Positions 12,954-24,900 of a stretch of DNA of 64,000 nt are shown piece after piece; positions within the stretch are counted from its first letter, which is position 1; every line of letters starts with the position of its first letter. The notes below the pieces were generated by a model that did not search any database, had not been told where the DNA came from, and worked only from the letters and a program-made list of their open reading frames with translations. The translations under genes were made by a program, and so were the position numbers. The stretch is taken from positions 8,022,963-8,086,962 of the forward strand of contig OZ316893.1 in assembly GCA_973895155.1 (NCBI GenBank), read 5' to 3'. This stretch comes from Marsupella aquatica. Taxonomy: Eukaryota > Plantae > Marchantiophyta.

Positions 12954-15900
12954 CTGACCGGCAAAAGGAAGTGGAAACAATTTAATTTATCCAGCTTGAG
13001 GCTTGGTAAGGATCCTCTCTAAATTCCTTAATTTTCATGCTCGCTAGCATAGAACTTTGTTCTAGCATACAACACAAAACTTCAAGTGCAAGGTCCACTT
13101 ATGCTTAAAAAATGAAACAAAAACAAAAGATTTGACTCCTTAGTTTAAACTGAGTGTGAAAGACTTCTCTAAAACGAATGCAGTTGTCACAACATAGCTT
13201 ACTAGTGGAAATTTATGGATAAAAAATGATATAATTTTATCTCTGAGTATCATGATATATCAGCATTTGGTCAAAAGTAACTTGCATCCTAGATCTACCA
13301 TTTAAGCTTCCCTATCACCTAATACAATATGATGTGCATTCAAGAACTAAACTGCAATAGTATACTTGAAACAAGTTTTAAGCTGAGTTAACTTTAAATA
13401 TACCCCTACTTAAGTATCTATGTGATCTCTCAATGTAATGCAACTCACATGTGGCCCTGCAAAATGTTTAGATCTACAATCGACCTTCACCTTAAGGCTT
13501 ACAAGTCTACAACCTTGACACCTCCTTCCAAGAGATATACGCAACAAAAACCGTACATCAACCTGATTTTTGTTTCCCTCTTAATAAACAAGATTTTCCA
13601 CCTACTTTATCTTGCAAAAATCATCTAAGAAATAACAGCAGGTTTTAAAACATAAAATGGTCGTCTCAAAACATTCTATACAGTTTTCTTCTTTTAATTA
13701 AGTACCATGACGTCAAAAAGGTTACATACTTAGTAGGAAGCCTGGTTCCACTACACAGTCACAAAGAACTTCTTGCTTATGGTAAAGAGTTACAATAATT
13801 CTGCATGGTAGGAGAATTACAGGTGGCATTTGATCATCGGGACTTAGTGTTGGTTTTTGAAACCAATTCAGTTCAGTCAAGGCAGTAGCCAGCTGAGAGG
13901 AAGTTAGGCTTCCAGTAGTACTTTTGTACAAGGAAGTTTGCACACCCTACAAAAACAAATCAACAGCAAAACATAAATTACAAGGACAACAATATATACT
14001 AAAGTAGCCAAAAGATTAGCTACAAAGTTAGCAGTGTTTTTCACAATACTCTTCTAAATTGCACCAATTGAAACATCCCCACCACCACAACAAAACGAAC
14101 AAAATGCTTGCTTCCCTTGTCCGATACTTGGAAACTCCATATTCACCTTAAATACTTGAATAGCATCATATCAAAGATTGACTCATTACCCCCGCCAATA
14201 ATATATTAAAGAGTCTCCAATTGGCACCATAATTACCTTTATATCTGGTTAAATATAGCCAGTGTAGGCAGACAGGTTGAGTATATCTAACGTTGTCAAA
14301 GTAAAGTTTAAGGTTTCTCATTTGTTAATGCTAACTGCAATTCTTGGGTGTTAGATAGAATTTCTTTGTTAGTACATGATAACCTATCTGTCAAAATTTT
14401 TATAATTCTTACACCAAGCAGAAGCCCAGGTAGAAGCCTACTATTGACCAGAACTAATTTCGTTGAGTATTTTCAAAGAGAAACTACAACTTATGGCTTG
14501 ATCCAAGCATCAGCTATAATTCACATGATCGTATACATCAGCTATGATTCACATGATGGATTTTGTTGTAAGCAATGGTACTAATTGGCCACAAATATGT
14601 TTCTTTTCTATGTGGTCATTTTTTCTTTGGTCATAGTACACATTGTAATAGTAAATCTTTCCTCAAGTGTTGATGGAGATGGAATTTCCTATCTGACTAG
14701 TGTGGTGCTTGTATAGTAATTTTTGAAGTTGCTAATATGGTGAATGCACATTTCAGATTTTGTCTTATTCAGATTTTTGTGTCATGTATTTTTATTTCAT
14801 CTGCCTTATCAAGGGGCAGCCTTTGTATTCTATACATTTTTAATTAATTTTTAGAGCCCTTTAGTTTTAGGTATTCTAGGGTGCTTTGAATTTATTTTGG
14901 CAGCCCGCTTTCACAGTATGTGTTTTCTTAGAGATAAAACCGAAGGCTCCACCACCAAGAGTGAGAGAAATGATGCTAAAGAACATGAATAGATAGCCTC
15001 TTAAGTTCTCCTCATGTTTTTCTTTCATAGGTTTATGGTTTTTATTGAAAGGAGTGTCATTCATAAGGCACCCTGAGTTAAATGCACACATCGTAGCATC
15101 GTTTGACTGTACCTTTTCTTGGTCACTGTGCTTTTCTTGGCAGACACTTTATTTATATAACAGCACTTCTATGTTCTCATTATTTATATAATAGCACTTC
15201 TATGTTCTCATATTTTATTTATTTTCAGATCATTACAAGACAAAAAAATAAAACATGTGCCAGGATGAGCATGCTATGTTTGCACTGTTATTGCTTCACT
15301 ATCCATAAGCTATAGAATGAGAAACGTGTAAATGTCTAACAAGGAACTCAATCATGCAGGAAAGGTTGCATGCAAGTTGAAGAAGTAAGTAGTTGACCAT
15401 TCAATATAAGGTGAATCTTGGACTGTTGTTATCTCCAGCGTTGGTCAATAAAGGAACCATAAATAGGAAAATATATAAGTCCACTGTAATAAGTGAATGT
15501 GCTTCAGAGAAGATCATCGTGTTTTAAGACCAGCAAGTAAGTCCTGCAATTTTAAAAACTAAATATGTCATCCTCAACAATAGTTGGCTGAAAATCAAAA
15601 TTGGCTATAAACAAAAGGTGCTAGAAATAAGAATTCTACAAGAACCATGACTAATATTCTTGTTTCCTAATAGAGGTAGAAAGACGTATACTATCAAATT
15701 GGGAAGGCTTGGCTAGCACCCTGTATTTGTGATTACTTAGAGTAATTGTTCTCAAAAATATAGAGCAATGTGGAGGATGATCATGAGCACAACTTCAATA
15801 GGAGATCTTCACAAGTTTCTTCACCTAAATATCCTTACCCAGGTAATACTTTTTAATCAAATATAGCAAAATTTTGAAAATCATTAGATAAATCCATGTG

Positions 15901-18900
15901 TTTCAGAAAAACTTAGTGACAGTCTGGGGTATGAGATCTCCATACATAACTATGCTTTGACTTTGTATGCCATAAGATGTAAGCTATGTTTACATCTTCT
16001 TGATAGATATTTGGATGGATACAAAACACATTGGCTGGTATTTTACACTCCATAGATAGACAGTGAAAATTTTATGTTAACCTTCAAACATGGTCTCAAA
16101 TTTTGTAAGCCACTACCAAAATAATAAGGATGTTTTAACAACACTCATATATGTCAAGGTTTTGACATATGTATCATAACTTGTTCTATCTTCTTTGGGA
16201 GACTGTACCGAGATTGTTTTGCATTATGTACTTTTCTTGGTACATGTTTCTTGTTTAATGTTGTTGTTTAATGCCTGGTTGGGCGGCTTTGGTCCCCTCT
16301 TATGTTTTGGGCTCCGGCCTCCCCTTTTTGGGAGAAAAACAGTAAGGAAACTATTTTGACTTATTCATTCTCTCCCTGCCTCCTCTTTATAGAGTCCTTC
16401 CCTGGAATTTGGACCTTGGACCTCAAGTTTGTCACTGGAAGTTAGGGTTTAGGGTTGTACGTTACCAAAGGACTATGAGATTTGATGAGGGTATAAAGGT
16501 GAAATTACGTTAACTAGAGATAGCGGTTACTTTTATTTAAAGGGAAAATGAGTGAAACCCTACAGAAAGGGATGCAACAGAAATTGGTTATAACATTTGA
16601 AGCCAAGATTGGTGAGTCCCTACTCAAGTGAGATACCACTTAGCTATGTCTGCTTTGTCTAAGATAGTTGTTACTTTGACATGCAAGGCCTATCACTTTC
16701 TTGGAATAGCCAAGGACTTTTATAATTTATGTTGTTTCCAAAAGCTATAATTAGTCATTTTGATATAGTAAGATTCCCTACCATCAGCACTCCCTCCACT
16801 TTTGCCCTCTAGTAATATTCTCTAGTCTTAAAATAAACTTAAAAAATTGCACCTCAAGATAAGAAAAAATGTCAGTTAATATATATACATATATATTCTT
16901 CTAAATGAGAATCTGTAGCGGGGGGAAAACACTCAAAAGGATAGTACATACACCTTTTTTCATACCTCCTCCTCAATATAATTACTTTCTTCTTTTGGGT
17001 ACATACAATATAGTACATAAAGACTTTTTACAACCTTAGCGAGAACAGCATATACTCACATATTACTTCTTAGGAGGTATGTCATCATAAGCAACAAAAT
17101 TATGTTAATCAATACGAATAAATGCTTTGCATTCAAAACAAAGTTTTTAAGAAATACTTTTTGTTCCACTTAATTTACTTTTCAAGGGTAGAGATTTTAC
17201 AACCATTTTGCATTATCTAAACTTCATCTTTCTTATAGCTTCAAGCTTAGAAATGCCTGTTATCTAATTAAGTGATTCATATCCAATCAACTAGTTAGTG
17301 AAACAGATGTAGTAAATGAAATGGGTTAGAGAAGGTCAGAAGCTAAAGATATTACCTCTCTCATCCGTTTAAGTTTCTCAATAGATTCTTTCCTTTGTGA
17401 TCCCATTTCAAATTTGGTAAGAGCCAAAAATTGTCTGGTTTCAATAAGTTGAGATTGCACCAAGACAACAATGAAAATCAAGAAAAAAATAACCCCTAGC
17501 AATACTGCAGGGTTGAGGATCCAAGTAAATGCCAGCCATAATGATGATGGTGCTTTCTGCATAATTTGTCCCACCAAAATATTTTAAAAGTTAGCCAGTA
17601 AACATATAGCTTTCTTCAAGAGTACAAGTTCTGCCTATTATAGCTTTGAAACTTTGTTGGAAAAACATGAATGGTTTCTCTATAGCCAAATATTTTTGTC
17701 AAAAATAAATATGATTGACTTCTTTCTTCTTATATAGCAATGAAATTCTAAATAGTAACTCAAGGTCTTACATCCATGCTTGGATGAAAAAATAGAATTT
17801 TTTAAATTTACTATGGGGATGACTTTGAAGATTATATTGCAACTATTTTGGCACACAGAAAGCCTGAAGCCATTGGAAAAAAACCATCGCCTCATTTTTG
17901 CCTGGTGTTTCATTTAGCTGTCTGAAAATGTTATAAATGAGTGTGCATGGTCTATCAACAATCGACATGTCATCAAAAAACAAACTAAAGTTACTTGTTG
18001 GTGCAATATATTTGATAACTTAAAAATTTTTATTGAACAATGACCAATATTAATTTAAAATTATCACAAGCTAGTTATAATCTAAAATAGACTCTCAATT
18101 CAACCTTTGAAGTTTGGATAAAATTTGCTCTTTTCAATATGGAGTTAACTATTTGTGACGTTATAAATAAAAGTCCATGTTTAGATTCCACAAAAGTTTA
18201 GAAAATCATATCCTGCTTGAATATTTGGATTGAGATTCCATCAGAGATTATACATTTCAAAGGGATATTTATTATTATAGATACCAGCACAAAATAGTCT
18301 TCCCATGTTTACGTTTATAGAAAATTCAATGACATGGGCAGTTTTAGACATGGTTATATGATTAGTCAAAGTTAGAGCAACTTACACTTAAAATCTCAGT
18401 GCATGCAAAGACTCCAATAAAAATGCAAAATGATTCAACCTATAAAATTTGGATCATGGGTAATTAAGTGGCAATTATATTTTTGGTAATGAATAACTAT
18501 ATCTAGTAACAAAATAATGACTGAAAACCAGGTAGTCTGTTTGAAACATACCTGCATATATCCACCAATAATATCATACATTGAACTTTGAGTGTAAATA
18601 GGCCCACAAAACCCATCTTTTTTCTCCATTACAAGTATGGAGACAGGAATAGTGGAAAGAATAAGTGTAAACAAGAGTACACCATAAGTAAGAGTTGATG
18701 TTCGAGATGCACTGAAAGCCTTTTCAACTGGGGCACATGTCTTGAATAGGGCAATCTGCATTCCCAACAAGGAGCTAAAGTTTGTGTTGTAACACAATTT
18801 GTTTGTGACAATCCAAAAGACCCTACTAAAGGAAGAACAAAAAATGAATCAATAAAGTGAGTACTTTAGAAGAAGCAAAAGTAATAAAAATATTCCAGAA

Positions 18901-21900
18901 GATCCCAACAATCTTATTGGTGAGACTGTGAATTATTAAAAACATTAATATTTTAGGAGAAGAGGTTTTTATTAACTAACTTCATCCAAAATATTAGAAG
19001 AGTGGGATCATTGGAGAGTAAAAAACAAGAGTATATTGTTTAAGGAGGTAAAATACTGGAGACTGAGGAGCAACGTAAGATCAACTAAGATCAATTCAAG
19101 AAAATTACAGAATTACATAGACAGAGAAATAGACAAAGCGGATGCGTTAAGAGGGTATACATTGTGATCATCATTTTTTTTTATAATGCCAAAATATTTA
19201 TATAAATTATTATTTTTCATATTTAAATGAGCAAACAGTTATGATTATACCTTCATTGTATAGAACGTAAAGAAATTGGAAAGGAACCCAAGAACAGGAG
19301 CCATGGGACTAAAACAAACTCCCCACCAAACAAGGGCTTGCACATACACAACATCCATTGCCATATCTTCTATAAGCAACTGTCTTTTATTCTGCTTACA
19401 AATATCCACAACAACCAAAAAATTTGAATTAATAATCAAAACAAGCATATGAAAAAATGAATTGTTTAATTCAGGCAAAAATACTGAGTCTTGAACTGAT
19501 CACTACCTTTAGCAAAATAGACTCAAATATGGTATTGTAAATCACTAAGACATTAGAGCGCTGACATCATACCAATACTTGTATTGCAAGGAATGGAGAT
19601 GGTAGAGACCCCATGATAAAAGATGAGATAACCATATCCGTACGCCAGTTCAAATATAGCTCTTGATACAGATGAAATAACTACTAGGCGCAAAATTTGA
19701 CCTCCCACATAGTTCTCAGCACAGGTCGGGACACATAAACGCATCTGCAAAATTCATCATAACTTGAACATCATGGTTAAGTTAAAAACCCATGTGAGCT
19801 CAAACCCAATACCTCATTGAATTTTGCTTTAAAGAATTGTGGTTCAAGCTGAATTTAGTTTGGGGCATGCATGCTCAGTTTAGGGTTGTTATGTGTTGTT
19901 CATTGGTGCCGTAGATTTTCATTCTTAAACTGCTGACTTTTCATTTTGGCTTTGGGCTTGGGCCAAAGCCAAAGACCTGAGTTGCCTAATAGCAGGAATA
20001 GGTGTGATGATAGCCATTTAATGTGAATGAGCTAATCCTGGTTAGTTGTCTTAACACACAAACAAAACAAAGGCATTGTGATCTAGGAAAAAATCAAGGG
20101 TGAGGTACTTATTATCTCAAAAAAGAGTAACATTGTAGAAAATCCCAGAACATCTTATGTTATAATCTTTCATGATAACTTACACGGAAGAAAGTTTGTG
20201 GGACCACATCTCTTGTTGCCAATGCAAACCAAAAAAATGTGAAATAAGCTCGGAAATAAGGTGAGCATTTTTAAGCAAAAGAAAGGTTGGTTATAAACCC
20301 AACCATATTGTCAAAATTACACCAAGCTCCTAGTGCTAAGGAGGTATTTGCTTGATAGACCCCCAAAATGAAACTTATTACTTGATCAACCCCCTGAGGT
20401 CTATCAACAGTCCAGATCTGAGATCTAATGGTCCATCAACAGTCCAGATTGGCCAAAAGCATGGAGGGGGTTGATTAAGCAAACTTTTTCAAGAAGGGGG
20501 TCTGCTAAGCATATCTCTCTAGTGCTAACCTTTAGAAACTGCTAAGAAAAGTTTATTATTATTTGTGGTATCTCAGTATCAAACATACTGACATTATAAT
20601 TATCTGAAAATTTTATATTAACCTGAAGTATGACATTGAGAGTCTCCAAGGAGGATCCATGTTCGGGAAACTATCCAAAGCGTGTCTAGATTTAAGATAC
20701 AACTTCAGCATTGCACCTTGTTACTCATCAGATTTATTCTCTACATAGCTTGGACCACACGCTAAGATTTACTGCATGAATTGCCATAACGTTACTGCAT
20801 ATATTGTTATGAAAAATTACTAAAGTGTCTTTATTTGGAAAGTAATGCCTGGATGGACTGAGGGGTTTTCTGTGAAGCACCCATGGATTTGCAAACGGGT
20901 TTGCAAAGCTGACTCAGAACATCAAATCTGCTCGGATAACACTCTTTACAGTTTTGACTAATATGTAGACTACTCAGGGCGTCCTTCATTAAAAGCGAAG
21001 CGTCTTTCCCAAACTACGTGGTAAGTTGGTGCTCGTGCCCAAATACTAAGGGCGTTCTTCACAAAAGCAAAGCATCCATTGGCAATTAGTTTATAATATT
21101 TGACCAACTTTGCACTCATCGGCAATGGACCAATTGGTTTCAGAAAAAATGGAAACTTTGTCAGGTAACAGATTGGACATCAGAGAACATGCTGGAATTT
21201 TGAGCTGAAATAGAAATCCAATTTCTTATATAAATGCACAAGTTAACTGAAATCAGCATTTCACAGTTGGTGGAGACACCTGGAAAAACTACTAGGGGAG
21301 TCCTTCTCAAAAGCGAAGCATCCTTCTTAAGATAGCCCAACAATGAGATTTTGGGTGTAAAATGAAACAGTGTGTCACAGTCCATGGGGATGGGCAAAAC
21401 AAACCCCTTGGTCCATCCGAGCATAACTTCACTTATTTGACTTTTATTATTGAAATGCCAAGGGTTTTTTCAAGATCAAGGCCAAAAACTGTTTCTCTTG
21501 TTGATGGCTAAGATCAATCCATGCATTTTTATAATTCAAACAAAAACCATGGCATTTAGTAACTTTTCATAAAAGTATCTGGGAACTATGAAAATTTCTC
21601 AATACAATTTTAACCGGTTCCTATTATGGAGTAAAATATGTCAATAATCCTTCCGTACGAAATGCAAATCGGTCATTTAAAATTGACAATAAAATTCTTC
21701 TAGAATATTCTTCTTATAAAATTATGTTTGGGTCTCACATTATGTTCCAAATACTCCACTAACAAACTTAACCCCCCAAGTTGAAAACTGTTTCAGTCTA
21801 TCTTGGAGGAGTCTATGTTGGAGCCTATTCAAGCGCTTGCTGTATTAATAAGAAAACTCTCAAAAGAACTTGACCTGTTGAGCAGGTGTACACTCTTAAG

Positions 21901-24900
21901 GCGAAAAACTCTAGCTAGTAGAAGTAAATCCTCAGCAGTCATAACAAGGGCCATGTGCTATTTCCAACAACTCCAATCTATCCTCCCTGAAAAACCTGGT
22001 TTGTCCTACCTTAGGCAAATTTCATAGTCCATGTAGGCCACTTTTCCTTCTATGCACATTAAGATTTTGGGTCTTTTCCAAGGAAGATTTTGGGTCTTAA
22101 GCTTAGTCTTGCCCTCAGTATTCTCCAAATCATGCAAGTTGGTATGCAATAATGATTCAATAGCATACACTGACAGATTTTTAAACAAGTTACAATGTCA
22201 TTTCATACACTATACAATTTGCCAAAAGGTACTTACTTGTATGTCCACATTATCACAAATGTTCCATTCTGGATATGCTTTGTCACAACAATGCAAGCCT
22301 TCACTACAATATTTATCAAAACAACTGCCTTGATGTCCATTGATAGCTCGCAGTGCCCTTGTAGTAGTCAGGACACGAATTGAACTAAGACAAACAAGTT
22401 GCATGTATAAGATAACACTTTCATGACGTTCTAACCACTTGCTATTAATTTCCAGCACATATGGAGAGGCAAGTTCCATGTGATGGAAAGTACACAGCTG
22501 TTCCTTTTATTTGTCTATATGATTTTTAGGGGTGCCTCTTTTCACATGGGTCTCGGTAACTGCACATCAAAATATGACATATACGATGTACGACACCCCT
22601 GCATACCGTGATAATCCTAGTTTTTTCCTTTCAATCAATGAATGCAACCACATTTTGATGTGTGATTACCAGCAGGGTTTTCACATGACTGCTCACATGT
22701 TCACTGGGCTGTCTGACTACTGGACCTAGACATCTCCTTAAAAATCTCCCAATTCGTACTTTAATTCCATTGTATGTACCCGAACTTATGCAGACTACTA
22801 CAGCTACATCAGTTGAGTGAGCTCCCCCACCCCATATGTTTGTGTTTTTCCCTTCAAGTTGTCAATTGACTCACAAGGATAAGTGTCAGAAGACTTCTAG
22901 TAATGAGTGAAAACATTGTGCAATTGAAGCATTCTCAACAATATGTATAGGAGTTAAGAAAACTAATTAGCATCAGCATATGGAGATAGTGTACATATTC
23001 AACCTGGAGTAGAAAGTTGCAAGATTGAGAAAGCGTAGAAAAAATAATTTAGTTAAAACAACTCTTTCTGCAGTGGCTGGTTTGAAGTTTTCCATATCAA
23101 CAAGTATACGAACAACGACTGGACCGATATTATTCAGAAGTCCAAACAGAACCGCCTGTGCATAGTCACTCCCTGCCATATATATCATAAAGTAATCTTC
23201 AGATAAAAACTTTTATAGTCCTATCAATGCAACCCAAATCCATGAATGATAAATAAGGGTGGCTTTACAAGAAGAGGGGGAGATGGTAGTGCTTTTCAAC
23301 CAAGGCTATCTCTTGATGGTGCACTGGTGCTAAAGAGAGTTCAGAATCCTTTAGTGGCCCCCAGCTTAATATTGCCAATTGCAGCAAGTGATGCTGGACT
23401 AATTTTCTAAGAGACAAGTTGGGAACCCACTCCACCCAAAAGTCAACTAGTGTTTGGATAGAGCCCTTCTTGCTTTGACAAGAGAAGATCTGATGAAGGA
23501 CCTGTACATGGGTTCAATTTTAATGCAAATGACTGAGAGCCAGATAAACAGATGACCTCCAAAAGAGGTGGTCCACAAAAAAAGAGGGAATTGTGCTCCA
23601 CATAAGCAAAACTTGGGATCCCTGGGCTTGGGCCCCACTCCATTCCAAGTAGGATAGCCAACAGTTTACAAGGAAACTACCCCAAATGTGTTATAAAGTG
23701 AAATGCAGCAATAATCCCCATATGACGCCGATCACATCTTGGAGACCAGAAAAAGTCAGGGGAAACTGCCCTGTAAAACCACCCTAAGACAAAGTAAAAA
23801 TATAAACTTGTTTACTTGTGCTACTCATATTGTCCATGGCGTGAAATGTTGCATCATGCCCTTTCCCGGACCTTGACTCCTATAAAATTGTTTGTTTTCC
23901 CGTCACCAGATTTTTGTACTGACCACAAATATAACTAGGTGACTAGTAAGATGGAATTTAGTCCCTTAACCTTGGTGAACCGTACCTTTGTATAGCTGTA
24001 AATTGTAACATGTTAAAATTGGTTAAATAACAAATCAGATTCTAGGTGTAATTTTGGGTAATATTTTGTGCTTTTCTTTTATCTGAACAGTGAATGGAAA
24101 ATGATTTTGTCACTTTGATTAGTGCGATGCTATTCTGTGAGTCAAACCATTGATCTTATCCATAAGTGGCAGCCGAGTGAAGTCCCTTTGCAGTTGTGGT
24201 AAGTGTGTTATAGCAATTATATATAGACATTTTGCACGAGTTTTTTTTCATCTAGTGGCACCTTCCTTGCACTCGTAAAACGTCACTGAAAGCATGTAGA
24301 ATCGGAGACTGTATTAATTGACATTATGACCAATCATTTAGTGATGGGTTTTGCCTTTTGGTCTTTCACCTCCACATTAGCCTACAGTATTAAGATGACT
24401 TAACTCAAATGATTAAGATGCCTCCTGACATTAGGGGACCACTAGATACCTCAAATTTGTAACCAGATCGACCATGTCATGCCACAACATTAACACTGAG
24501 AACTACTGTGCTGATCAGAGTGGGTTTCCACTAACATAAAAACTTATTTGACACCAAGTTCCAGGCAGGGTTGCAAGAATAGTTCCTCGTAGTTTATGGT
24601 AGAAAAACAACCTCATGAAAGCACAGTCACTATAAACAAATTTCTTACCAAAATAAGAATTGATCAAATCTGTATTTTTGGAAAGGCCATCCACTGCCAA
24701 CACAACTCCTACCATGGTCAAAGGCCACAAAATACAAAGCGCAAGAAATCTCTGCAACATCCAAAGGTATAAATTAACACAATATTGAAGATATATCCAT
24801 CTTTCTCACCTGTCATTTCAATTCATAACGTTCTCTTTGTGTTACACAATTGTGTCCAATGGGCATTCAGCACGAGAGTCAATCTTGAGGCTCATTAAGA

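Noticed and set aside
16441-16456. Telomere-like gttagggtttagggtt
   Set aside because: Only about two units; too short to call an interstitial telomere.
22006-22188. Minus-strand 60-aa ORF as a TMC exon
   Set aside because: Its splice phases do not fit between the neighbouring exons, and exon 22384-22237 already restores the frame.
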